A stretch of DNA of 33,627 nucleotides from a virus (taxonomy: Duplodnaviria > Caudoviricetes). The notes beneath the pieces were generated by a model. That model was given only the letters and a program-made list of their open reading frames with translations, had not been told where the DNA came from and made no database searches. The DNA is taken from the IMG/VR virus record IMGVR_UViG_3300034357_000077, positions 1 to 33,627 of that record; one strand, given 5' to 3'. The translations under genes were made by a program, and so were the position numbers. This document shows positions 9,505 through 17,453 of the stretch, one piece after another (positions within the stretch are counted from its first letter, which is position 1; every line of letters begins with the position of its first letter).

Positions 9505-9958
9505 ACACCTTACATTTGAAGAATGCACGCATTCTGAAACTGCTGACAAATTAGGAATTATAAACAACAATCCAAATTTAGATGCGATAGAAAATATGAA
9601 ACTATTGGCTGAAAAAGTATTCGAGCCGATGAGAGAACATTTTAAGAAACCAATTTACATTTCCAGTATGTACAGAGGAATACCTTTAAATGTAGCAATA
9701 GGCGGTTCAAAAACAAGTCAGCATACTGGTGGCGAAGCTATGGATATTGATATGGGTGACAAAGGCAAGCCTAGTAACTTTGAAATATTCCAATACATAA
9801 AAAAGAATTTAGAATTCGACCAATTAATTTGGGAGTTTGGAAGTGACAAAAATCCAAGCTGGGTACACGTTTCATACTCTAAACATAAAAACAGAAGACA
9901 AGTTTTAAAAGCAAGAAAAAACCAATTAAACAAAACAGTATATGAAAATTTTAAATAA
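9491..9958 (+). CDS. Endolysin, peptidase M15A family
   Basis: SSMYR...N.AIGG...SQHTGGEAMD and WVHVSY zinc-peptidase motifs; FDQLIWE. Confidence 0.85.
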   Translation: MQISKHLTFEECTHSETADKLGIINNNPNLDAIENMKLLAEKVFEPMREHFKKPIYISSMYRGIPLNVAIGGSKTSQHTGGEAMDIDMGDKGKPSNFEIFQYIKKNLEFDQLIWEFGSDKNPSWVHVSYSKHKNRRQVLKARKNQLNKTVYENFK

Positions 9959-10139
9959 AATAAAAATGAAAGATTTAGAAAAAATACCAGACCCGATTAA
10001 AAACTTATTAGATGGAGCAGCACAAGAATATGCAACTTCAACTGCAACTACTAACGCTGGTTTCATACTTCGCTTTATTTGTAAATTTATTAAACCAAGT
10101 ACAATTATTAAAATGTTCTCGCACAAATTAAGCAAATAA
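9942..10139 (+). CDS. Small hypothetical protein in the lysis cassette (start may be 9966)
   Basis: ORF follows the endolysin; amphipathic C-terminus. Confidence 0.4.
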   Translation: MKILNKIKMKDLEKIPDPIKNLLDGAAQEYATSTATTNAGFILRFICKFIKPSTIIKMFSHKLSK

Positions 10140-10289
10140 AACAACTGTAACGTAAAATGTGAGTTATTTTAAACCACTTTTAAAGAACTTTTATACAAAA
10201 ATGATGTTATCTTACCTTTATGCAATTAATCGTTCATTAGAGGTAAGATTTCTTTTTTTGGTTAAAATTTTATTTATGAACTAAATGGT

Positions 10290-10336
10290 ATAAATAATAA
10301 TATAATATATAATAATATATATATATATATAATAAC
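10290..10336. repeat. (TA)n / TAA low-complexity AT tract
   Basis: taaataataatataatatataataatatatatatatatataataa at the boundary between late and early modules. Confidence 0.7.
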
Positions 10337-10357
10337 TCTTTTAAAACTATTTTATAT

Positions 10358-10786
10358 ATGGCTTTTAATCCACAACCTAAAACAAAAAAAGTAAAAAAAC
10401 CAAGTAGATCTTCATTGGTTAAAAAACTTGATACAGAATTTAGCATATATGTTAGAAAGCGATTTGCTGTTGGGGGGAAAGCAAGTTGTTTTACTTGTGA
10501 TAAAGTAGACGATTGGAATAAATTACAATGTGGACATTTTCAAAGTAGAAGACATTATGCAACACGCTGGGATGAAAATAATTGTCAAGTACAATGCGTG
10601 GGTTGTAACGTGATGAGATATGGAGAGCAGTATAAGTTCGGAATTCATTTAGACCAGATATACGGAAATGGTGTTGCAGTTAGTTTATTAAACAAAGCAA
10701 GAAGTGAATTTAAGATTAAAGATTTTGAATTAATTGATTTAATAGAGTATTATAAAAACAAGAATAAATTATTAGATTTTAAGTAA
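10358..10786 (+). CDS. ninG: NinG/Rap-like recombination endonuclease
   Basis: LD..FS.YVR, CFTC, QCGHF.SR....TRWDE.NC..QC..CN. Confidence 0.8.
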   Translation: MAFNPQPKTKKVKKPSRSSLVKKLDTEFSIYVRKRFAVGGKASCFTCDKVDDWNKLQCGHFQSRRHYATRWDENNCQVQCVGCNVMRYGEQYKFGIHLDQIYGNGVAVSLLNKARSEFKIKDFELIDLIEYYKNKNKLLDFK

Positions 10787-10801
10787 AAATATCTATATTT
10801 G
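10772..10801 (+). promoter_or_regulatory. Bacteroidetes sigma-A-like promoter (-7 box TATATTTG)
   Basis: TAnnTTTG at 10794-10801; the upstream -33 box is imperfect (TTAG). Confidence 0.45.
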
Positions 10802-10865
10802 CGAGACTTATGTTCGATATTTGCGGTACTCGGTCATAATTTTGTTTTAGTGAACAAAGAAAATT

Positions 10866-10898
10866 CGCCTATGTTTTAGACATATGGCGTTTTTTTTT
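10866..10898 (+). terminator. Intrinsic terminator
   Basis: cgcctatgt...acatatggcg hairpin followed by a long T run. Confidence 0.75.
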
Positions 10899-10950
10899 GC
10901 GTTTTTTTTGGTAAAATGTTTTTTTTATTAAAAAATTGTTTGTTTGTTTG

Positions 10951-11162
10951 CTTCGGATTTGATTGACGTATTTCAAATCTGGAGGTGTTGACATTCCGAG
11001 AATTGTCAGTCAAGAACAGACTCTAAAAATCGAACTGCGAACAACAGTCAGTCGAGAGACCAAGTGTTCCACGAGGCCAAATAGGTAGTATGTGCGAGAC
11101 AGAGCGATTAAAAGCGTTATTTGTCGGTTATCAGTATGTGAATATTGGACTAGGAAGAAAAC
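10951..11162 (+). ncRNA. Candidate structured ncRNA or leader upstream of the hammerhead
   Basis: GC-richer non-coding stretch with several hairpins: 10951-10984 (12 bp with GU pairs), tgacattc/gaattgtca, gtc-GAGA-gac and cagtat-GTGA-atattg (GNRA loops). Confidence 0.45.
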
Positions 11163-11212
11163 GTGTATATGGATGTATAGCCATACTGATGAGTCACAGA
11201 ATGACGAAACAC
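11163..11212 (+). ncRNA. Hammerhead ribozyme, type III
   Basis: GTGT-A|TATGG-atgtatag-CCATA-CTGATGA-GTCA-cagaa-TGAC-GAA-ACAC. All core nucleotides and stems I, II and III are present; predicted cleavage is after GUA at 11167. Confidence 0.9.
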
Positions 11213-11226
11213 TAAAACTTAAAATT

Positions 11227-11523
11227 ATGACACAGATTGAGATTGAAAAATTGTTTGTTGATAAATTCAACAAGTTTACGGAGCCACAACAGAGAGTTAT
11301 TAAGTATTTGCTTGAAGGTGCTAAACTAACTACAGTTAATAAACACTATGCAAGTGGTGGCGATTATATGTGGATATTACACGAAGGTGGAAATCCTTGT
11401 TATGCTGGTTCGGTTTATAAAGCATTTTGGGGAATAGGTTATACTATTAAAAAACTTACCGGAGTGGAAGTTAAGATGGGAGAATTTTATTATGTAGATA
11501 CAAACTTTAGAGTAACTTATTAA
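11227..11523 (+). CDS. Hypothetical early protein; start revised from 11092 to 11227
   Basis: ATG 11227 follows an A-rich leader. The upstream in-frame part overlaps the ribozyme. Confidence 0.6.
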   Translation: MTQIEIEKLFVDKFNKFTEPQQRVIKYLLEGAKLTTVNKHYASGGDYMWILHEGGNPCYAGSVYKAFWGIGYTIKKLTGVEVKMGEFYYVDTNFRVTY

Positions 11524-11541
11524 TCACTAAAAATAAAAATT

Positions 11542-11793
11542 ATGAACTACAAAAAATTAATGGAATACAATCCAACGGAATATGACAGAATGATAAATTC
11601 AAAAGGTCAAGAAATTGTATTTTACGAGCATCCTTTGAGGGGAGATGAATTTCCAGTTATAATAGTATGCCACGAATTAGAATTAGCAGACTACACAGAT
11701 TTTATGGAAACAACAGATATGATGGAAGACCATAAAGAATATGAACCATCATTCGTAAATGGAAAATTGTATATTGGCGAATATGAATATTAA
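11542..11793 (+). CDS. Hypothetical early protein (acidic)
   Basis: 83-aa ORF preceded by the AATCACTAAAA leader motif. Confidence 0.55.
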   Translation: MNYKKLMEYNPTEYDRMINSKGQEIVFYEHPLRGDEFPVIIVCHELELADYTDFMETTDMMEDHKEYEPSFVNGKLYIGEYEY

Positions 11794-11803
11794 TTATAAA
11801 ACT

Positions 11804-11890
11804 ATGAAAACATTTTTAAGCAAACAGAAGTATCAAGTTTACGCAATAGGATTTATTGCATTATATTTTTTAACTAGATTTTTTTATTAA
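11804..11890 (+). CDS. Small membrane peptide (28 aa), absent from the ORF track
   Basis: MKTFLSKQKYQVYAIGFIALYFLTRFFY fills the gap exactly; single hydrophobic helix. Confidence 0.45.
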   Translation: MKTFLSKQKYQVYAIGFIALYFLTRFFY

Positions 11891-11914
11891 TCACTAATCA
11901 CTAAAACAAAAAAA

Positions 11915-12151
11915 ATGAAAACATTAAACAATCAATTAGGAAGTCTTATCAGTATTGGACTAGATTTAACTTTATTTTGGAACATAAGTATCAGCCAGTA
12001 TGATATATCATTACTTGGTAAGTATAGTAAAAATACAGAAAAACATTTATTACGTAAAGGGTTTATAAAGTGTGATATACTTTATGCCGACAATGATAAC
12101 TTTGTAGAGTTTAAAAATGATATTTGTAGAATTGCTTTAACTAAAGACTAA
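11915..12151 (+). CDS. Hypothetical early protein
   Basis: 78-aa ORF preceded by the AATCACTAAAACAAA motif. Confidence 0.5.
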   Translation: MKTLNNQLGSLISIGLDLTLFWNISISQYDISLLGKYSKNTEKHLLRKGFIKCDILYADNDNFVEFKNDICRIALTKD

Positions 12152-12564
12152 TGAAAAAATTTGAATTAAAAACATTACAGACAGACTTTCCTAACGTAAA
12201 AATTAATAATAGTACAGATGCAGTTTCTGTCATTAGAAACTTTTATGGAGACGATATAGAGCAATATGAAAGTTGTTTTATATTGCTTTTAAACAACGCT
12301 AATAGAACAGTAGGATATGCTAAAATTAGCCAAGGAGGTGTAACTGGAACAGTAGTCGATGTAAGATTGATTGCAAAGTATGCAATAGATAGTTTGGCAA
12401 CTGGGGTTATTATGGCGCATAATCATCCCAGCGGAAATCTAAATCAAAGTGAAGCAGATAGTAATATTACTAAAAAAGTAAGTAATGCATTAAAATTATT
12501 TGATATAACTTTAATCGATAGTCTAATACTAACTAAAGACGATTGGAAAGTAATAGATTATTAA
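12151..12564 (+). CDS. radC: RadC-like JAB/MPN domain protein
   Basis: E.....LLLN..N, ISQGG...TVVDVR.I, AHNHPSG...SEAD...T......LK...I.LID. Confidence 0.85.
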   Translation: MKKFELKTLQTDFPNVKINNSTDAVSVIRNFYGDDIEQYESCFILLLNNANRTVGYAKISQGGVTGTVVDVRLIAKYAIDSLATGVIMAHNHPSGNLNQSEADSNITKKVSNALKLFDITLIDSLILTKDDWKVIDY

Positions 12565-12565
12565 T

Positions 12566-12727
12566 ATGAGATTTGAAGACTACAAAATGATTTACGAGCA
12601 GATGGTTGCAGTATTTCGAAGAGACAAAGAATTAACACATATAGAGGTTATATTTAAAATACAACCAGTAAAAACAGAAATTAAAACAGCACGTATAACA
12701 GTAACAACATTTAAAGATGAGCAATAA
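12566..12727 (+). CDS. Hypothetical protein (53 aa), absent from the ORF track
   Basis: MRFEDYKMIYEQMVAVFRRDKELTHIEVIFKIQPVK... fills the gap and overlaps the next start. Confidence 0.5.
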   Translation: MRFEDYKMIYEQMVAVFRRDKELTHIEVIFKIQPVKTEIKTARITVTTFKDEQ

Positions 12728-12929
12728 AGGTAGCATAAATTACAGAGGATTTGATTTTGATTTTGAGTATAATTATTATGCTGGTACTCCAGCGACTTAT
12801 GATCATCCCGGAGATTACGAAGAATGGGAAATTTATAATATAACACTCAATGGCATAGACGCATCTGATTTGTTATGCAGAAACATAGAAGATTTTGAGC
12901 AAGAAGTAATTAACAATTTAAGAGATTAA
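12717..12929 (+). CDS. Hypothetical acidic early protein
   Basis: 70 aa with a GTPATYDHPG motif. Confidence 0.55.
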   Translation: MSNKGSINYRGFDFDFEYNYYAGTPATYDHPGDYEEWEIYNITLNGIDASDLLCRNIEDFEQEVINNLRD

Positions 12930-12930
12930 T

Positions 12931-13200
12931 ATGGAAAGCGATTGTTGTGGAGCATCCGAGTGGATGGAAGATACTGGTATTTGCGGTTCGTGTAAAGAGC
13001 ACGCTGATTGGAATGATGAAGAAGATATAACAGATACACGCTGGGTTCTGTTAGAAGAGGGAACAGTTTATATGGTACTGCTTACAAAAGATGAAGCAGA
13101 AGTACAAAAACAAATTATGCAAAATAAATTCCCACATTTATCATATACTTTATTTTATGATGAATATTATGAGTACACAGAAATTATTAACGAAAACTAA
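12931..13200 (+). CDS. Hypothetical protein with an N-terminal zinc ribbon (SDCCGA...ICGSCKEH)
   Basis: CC...CxxC.EH motif. Confidence 0.55.
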   Translation: MESDCCGASEWMEDTGICGSCKEHADWNDEEDITDTRWVLLEEGTVYMVLLTKDEAEVQKQIMQNKFPHLSYTLFYDEYYEYTEIINEN

Positions 13201-13205
13201 AACAA

Positions 13206-13403
13206 ATGAAAAGTCACGAAAATTGGAGTACAAAAGAACTGATTAATTTTTTAAGTCAGTCTAACGAAGCGTTACGTATTGAAAACGCAAGACTAATGGA
13301 TGAAGTCGAAAGACTATCAAACAGCATCGAGGTTCACGATGCAATTATAATGAGCCAAGAATACAATCAAGCAAATTATTATTATTCACTAAAAACAAAT
13401 TAA
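13206..13403 (+). CDS. Hypothetical coiled-coil protein
   Basis: 65-aa ORF, tightly packed with its neighbours. Confidence 0.5.
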   Translation: MKSHENWSTKELINFLSQSNEALRIENARLMDEVERLSNSIEVHDAIIMSQEYNQANYYYSLKTN

Positions 13404-13404
13404 A

Positions 13405-13995
13405 ATGGGAAAAACAATTATGGCTGTTAATGACACACCGTCAATGACATTAGGGCAAAAATTATCAATTATTCAATTCGAGTTTAAGGCAAAAAAAGGT
13501 TCGTATAACAAGTTTGGTAATTATTATTATCGTAGTGCAGAGAGCATATTAGAAGCATTAAAACCTTTTAATGAAAAGTACCGAGTATACTTCACTATTA
13601 ATGAAACTTTAATCAATGCAAATCCGCCTATTATGGCATCTGTAGCAACTATATGGGATGCAGAGAGTTCAGCAAGTATAGATTGCCAATCTATTGTAGG
13701 AGTTGATTTAGAACAGAAAGGTATGGCAACTGCACAAAGATATGGTTCTAGTTCCAGTTATGGTAAAAAGTACGCTTTAGGGAACCTTTTATTAATCGAT
13801 GACACAAGTGATGCAGATGCAACTAATCGTCACGAGAAGGAGCCGATAATGGCCAAAGAGAAGCCGTATTTAGAAATAGGAACAGAAGCATATAACAAAG
13901 CACTAGATTATTTAGCTGGAGGAGGAGATATAAACTTAATAGAGCAAAAATATAAATTAACGGACGACGTAAAAAAACAACTTTATAATAAATAA
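13405..13995 (+). CDS. erf: ERF-family single-strand annealing protein
   Basis: K...NKFGNY.YRSAE.ILEALKP and AQ..GS.SSYGKKYAL..L.LIDD..DAD signatures. Confidence 0.85.
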   Translation: MGKTIMAVNDTPSMTLGQKLSIIQFEFKAKKGSYNKFGNYYYRSAESILEALKPFNEKYRVYFTINETLINANPPIMASVATIWDAESSASIDCQSIVGVDLEQKGMATAQRYGSSSSYGKKYALGNLLLIDDTSDADATNRHEKEPIMAKEKPYLEIGTEAYNKALDYLAGGGDINLIEQKYKLTDDVKKQLYNK

Positions 13996-13997
13996 TT

Positions 13998-14357
13998 ATG
14001 GAATTACAAGGAGAGATTATAGTTATCGGTGCTACCGAAACATTTGGAGCCAAAGGATTTAAAAAACGACAGCTGGTTTTAAAAACCGATAGTCAATATC
14101 CACAATCAATTCCGATTGATTTTACGCAAGATAAATGTGGAGTGTTAGATAATTACGAGGTAGGACAGTTTGTTACCGTATCAATTAACGTGCAAGGTTC
14201 CGAGTGGCAAGGTAAGTACTACGTAAACTTACAAGCGTGGAAGATAACTACTGGAGAGAGAGAGAAGTCGTCAGAAACATTTATGCCAGACAGACAAAAC
14301 ATCAATAATATGATGCAAAATGCAGAAGAGTTACAAGAGGACGATTTACCTTTCTAA
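13998..14357 (+). CDS. DUF3127-type single-stranded DNA-binding protein
   Basis: GFKKR.LV...QYPQ.I..F.QDK, EWQGKYY.NL.AWKI and an acidic DDLPF tail. Confidence 0.8.
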   Translation: MELQGEIIVIGATETFGAKGFKKRQLVLKTDSQYPQSIPIDFTQDKCGVLDNYEVGQFVTVSINVQGSEWQGKYYVNLQAWKITTGEREKSSETFMPDRQNINNMMQNAEELQEDDLPF

Positions 14358-14366
14358 ATTTAATAT

Positions 14367-14395
14367 GGCTGGGGGGAGACTTCCAGCCTTTTTTT
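14367..14395 (+). terminator. Intrinsic terminator
   Basis: ggctggggg-gaga-cttccagcc followed by a T run. Confidence 0.8.
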
Positions 14396-14413
14396 AATCA
14401 CTAAAAACAAAAT

Positions 14414-15325
14414 ATGTTAATAGACTATAAACAACAATTAGACATTATTCGAAATATTAGAAGTGGAAAACTTAAAGAGGGTTTGAAACTTGACATTCCA
14501 GAATTAGACGAGTACATAAGATATAAAACTTCAAACTTCAATATCGTGTTGGGACACGCAAATGTAGGTAAGACAACTTCTATTCTATACTTGATGCTTT
14601 GTTATTCAGTAAAGCATTCTTTAAAGTGGCTGGTCTGTAGTACAGAGAACGATAGTTATTCCTTAATTAGAAAGTTAGTAGAGTTCCTAGATGAAACACC
14701 GATAAACTTAATTTCAGAGAGTAATTTTAAAGAGCATACAGATTTTATCAACAAGCATTTTAAGTTTGTAGATAATTCTGTTATGTATGATTATCATCAA
14801 GCATTGATAATGTTCAAGCAAGTTAAAAAAGATTTTAATTATAACGGAATATTACTTGATCCTTATAATGCATTGGTTAAGGATAACGAGCAGATGAAAA
14901 ATTTAGGAGGACACGAGTACGATTATCAAGCTTGTACCGAGATGAGAATGTATTGCAAGGAAAACAAGGTATCACTATGGTTAAACACTCACGCAAACAC
15001 AAACGCATTGAGACAAGTTTATAGGAACGATCATCAGTTTGCTGGGCATCCATTACCGCCAATGGCAAGTGATGTAGAGGGAGGAGGAAAATTTGTTAAT
15101 AGAGCAGATGATTTTATTGTAATACATAGACTAACTTTACATCCACAGCTTTATACCACTACGATGATACACATTAGAAAAGTTAAAGAGATTGAAACTG
15201 GAGGTAGACCGACGAGTATGGAAAATCCGATAGAGATTGTAGCGTTACAAAACAATGTTGGGTTCGCTATTAATGGCAAGTCTATTTTGAGAACTATTAA
15301 AGAAAGCCAACTCAATTTCTTATGA
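14414..15325 (+). CDS. DnaB/SF4-like replicative helicase
   Basis: Walker A GHANVGKT, S.EN, Walker B ILLDPYN, H, and EGGGKF.NRADD. Confidence 0.75.
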   Translation: MLIDYKQQLDIIRNIRSGKLKEGLKLDIPELDEYIRYKTSNFNIVLGHANVGKTTSILYLMLCYSVKHSLKWLVCSTENDSYSLIRKLVEFLDETPINLISESNFKEHTDFINKHFKFVDNSVMYDYHQALIMFKQVKKDFNYNGILLDPYNALVKDNEQMKNLGGHEYDYQACTEMRMYCKENKVSLWLNTHANTNALRQVYRNDHQFAGHPLPPMASDVEGGGKFVNRADDFIVIHRLTLHPQLYTTTMIHIRKVKEIETGGRPTSMENPIEIVALQNNVGFAINGKSILRTIKESQLNFL

Positions 15326-15858
15326 GAAATATACTTGATATTCTATCTGAAAAACACGTTATGTGGGTTCGGTATGTAAAGTCTTTTGGATGTCAAGAAG
15401 ATATTGCAGAAGATTTTGTACAAGAAATGTATATCAAGTTGTATGATTATAATAGTAGAAAAGAAAATGATTTGATGTATAATGAAAGTGAAATTAATTA
15501 CTACTTCGTGTATGTAACTTTAAAAAATATGTATAATGACAGTATTAGAAAATCAAACAAAATAATAGAAGTAGAAATAGCAGAACACGATTTCATAGAC
15601 GATGAAGATTATTGTGAAGATGAGTTTAATCTAAAAAATGAAAAGGTTATTTGCTGGCTTCAGTTTATTGATAATCAGATTGCGGTTAATAAAGGTTATA
15701 CAGAAGAGAAAGCACAGTTGTATTACATCAAATCATTATTTCAATATGTATTAGTAGAAAAACAAAATGTAACAGAATTAAGTAAGAAGCTAAAGATTTC
15801 ATATTGGAGTATTAGAAACACAATTAACATAATTAAAAGACAAATTAAAAATGAATAA
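15322..15858 (+). CDS. Phage sigma-70/ECF-like transcription factor
   Basis: Region-2 AEDFVQEMYIKL and a C-terminal HTH (TELSKKLKISYWSIRNTI). Confidence 0.7.
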   Translation: MRNILDILSEKHVMWVRYVKSFGCQEDIAEDFVQEMYIKLYDYNSRKENDLMYNESEINYYFVYVTLKNMYNDSIRKSNKIIEVEIAEHDFIDDEDYCEDEFNLKNEKVICWLQFIDNQIAVNKGYTEEKAQLYYIKSLFQYVLVEKQNVTELSKKLKISYWSIRNTINIIKRQIKNE

Positions 15859-16027
15859 TATGACAGCAGAAGAAAGGGCAGATTTACTATTAAATAAATA
15901 TCCATTTGATTACGTAAAGGAAGTAGTAAACGGAATTATAACAACCAGCAGAGAAAAAAACGAGACAGAAGTCTGCAACTACTGGAATGAGATAGCACTA
16001 GAAATAAAAAAAATAAAAAACTTATGA
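15851..16027 (+). CDS. Hypothetical protein (58 aa), absent from the ORF track; related to 16024-16257
   Basis: MNNMTAEERADLLLNKY...YWNEIALEIKKIKNL, overlapping both neighbours. Confidence 0.55.
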   Translation: MNNMTAEERADLLLNKYPFDYVKEVVNGIITTSREKNETEVCNYWNEIALEIKKIKNL

Positions 16028-16257
16028 CACCAAAAGAAAAAGCAAAAGAATTAGTACGTGAATTTAAAAAATATGCATATTATCCAAACACAGAAGATGA
16101 TGAAATATTTGTAAATGAACTTAAAACAAACGCTAAACAATGTGCATTAATAGCAGTTGATGAATTAATAGAATTTGCTTATAATTATACTGACTATAAT
16201 GAAAAATCAACAAAAGAATATTTAGAAAAAGTAAAGAAAGAAATAGAGAATTTATGA
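16024..16257 (+). CDS. Hypothetical phage protein (MTPKEKA...AKQCALIAVDE...VKKEIENL type)
   Basis: 77-aa ORF with a pattern common in Bacteroidetes phages. Confidence 0.6.
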   Translation: MTPKEKAKELVREFKKYAYYPNTEDDEIFVNELKTNAKQCALIAVDELIEFAYNYTDYNEKSTKEYLEKVKKEIENL

Positions 16258-16388
16258 GACTAGGAGATAAACTAGAATGGTTATTTAGAGTAACTGGAGT
16301 TCAATGGGTAGTAAAAAAAATATATCCTAATTGTAATTGCGATAAAAGAAGAGACAAGTTAAATGAATTTAAAATCAACAGAAAATGA
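16254..16388 (+). CDS. Hypothetical Cys-containing protein (44 aa), absent from the ORF track
   Basis: MRLGDKLEWLFRVTGVQWVVKKIYPNCNCDKRRDKLN, with ATGA overlaps on both sides. Confidence 0.55.
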   Translation: MRLGDKLEWLFRVTGVQWVVKKIYPNCNCDKRRDKLNEFKINRK

Positions 16389-16582
16389 ATACAGAAGATT
16401 TTATATGGTGGGCAGAGTTCCGTGAGGTTAAAAGACCATATCTTGAAAACGATGAGTACAAAATGATATGTGAAATTTATGCAAGAGTAAATAATATACC
16501 AGTTCATTATCCTTGCAAGTGCAGTCCGACAGTAATACAAAGTTATATTGATTTCTTAAATTTAGAATACGAAAAACTATGA
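16385..16582 (+). CDS. Hypothetical protein (PCKC motif)
   Basis: 65-aa ORF with coupled overlaps. Confidence 0.5.
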   Translation: MNTEDFIWWAEFREVKRPYLENDEYKMICEIYARVNNIPVHYPCKCSPTVIQSYIDFLNLEYEKL

Positions 16583-16773
16583 AAATAAAAATAGAATGCG
16601 AAATTGAAGTGGATGAAAATAGTTGGTGTAGTCATTTAGACAAAGAAGAGTTTGAGTGGTTCAAATCTTTATTAGATGATAAAAGTAATGAGCCTATGGT
16701 AATACTTTGGAGTAACGAAGTAGGAGATGAAATTGGACAAACTTCTAATTTTAAATATGAAATTTATGAGTAA
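16579..16773 (+). CDS. Hypothetical acidic protein
   Basis: 64-aa ORF with coupled overlaps. Confidence 0.5.
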   Translation: MKIKIECEIEVDENSWCSHLDKEEFEWFKSLLDDKSNEPMVILWSNEVGDEIGQTSNFKYEIYE

Positions 16774-17176
16774 CGAAACATCACATCACAAATGGGAGCA
16801 AGGTATTATCCACGTATTAAATTTAGATGGCTGGGATTTAACTTGGACTGGGGGTGCTATGGAGCATTACGATGCTAAAGGTAAAACACCGAAAGGATTT
16901 GAATGCGTTGTAGAGTTTAAATTACGTCACGCATATTATCCGACTAAAGTATTAGAAAAGTTTAAATACGATAAGCTTATGGAAGAAAATTGTATGAGGT
17001 TTTATTATGTATTCGATAGCAGAGGAAATTACCTTTATCATTTAGATAGTTTAATTTTACCTACTCCAGTTATGATTAATTGTCAAGTTAATTATAAGTT
17101 TGGAAATAATCATCTAATAGACAAACCTTGTTATATGATTTCAGAAAGTCAAGCCAGTATAATAAATAAGTATTAA
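16766..17176 (+). CDS. PD-(D/E)xK nuclease-like protein (start probably 16766)
   Basis: YDA.G......VEFKLR...Y....LEK.KYDKL pattern. Confidence 0.55.
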   Translation: MSNETSHHKWEQGIIHVLNLDGWDLTWTGGAMEHYDAKGKTPKGFECVVEFKLRHAYYPTKVLEKFKYDKLMEENCMRFYYVFDSRGNYLYHLDSLILPTPVMINCQVNYKFGNNHLIDKPCYMISESQASIINKY

Positions 17177-17179
17177 AAA

Positions 17180-17209
17180 TTTGTTATTAAAAAAAATATA
17201 TTACCTTTG
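17180..17209 (+). promoter_or_regulatory. Bacteroidetes sigma-A promoter (TTTG ... TACCTTTG)
   Basis: TTTG at 17180-17183 and TAnnTTTG at 17202-17209, upstream of ATG 17235. Confidence 0.65.
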
Positions 17210-17234
17210 AAAAATAATCACTAAAAACAAAATT

Positions 17235-17453
17235 ATGAAAAACAGAAAACAAATGTACATTAATGAAACAGAATGTTTAAGCCAGTCTAATGGAGAACTT
17301 TATTTAGAAGGGGAATTCGGTTCGCTGGTTTGGAATTGTGAAACTCTATTCACAGATTTGCCACATATTATTAGATTAGTATATGAAGCCAGAGCAGAAA
17401 CAGATAAGCGTATCAAAGAACAGATTGAAGAAATCACAAGACTTATATCCTAA
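17235..17453 (+). CDS. Hypothetical protein
   Basis: 72-aa ORF after a promoter and the AATCACTAAAAACAAA leader. Confidence 0.55.
   Translation: MKNRKQMYINETECLSQSNGELYLEGEFGSLVWNCETLFTDLPHIIRLVYEARAETDKRIKEQIEEITRLIS

Noticed and set aside
10951-11162. tRNA or a second ribozyme in the structured region
   Set aside because: I could not fit a cloverleaf with a T-loop consensus, or a twister, pistol or HDV core, by eye.
11092-11226. N-terminal 45 codons of the listed 11092-11523 ORF
   Set aside because: They overlap the hammerhead and the hairpin region; ATG 11227 has the typical A-rich leader.
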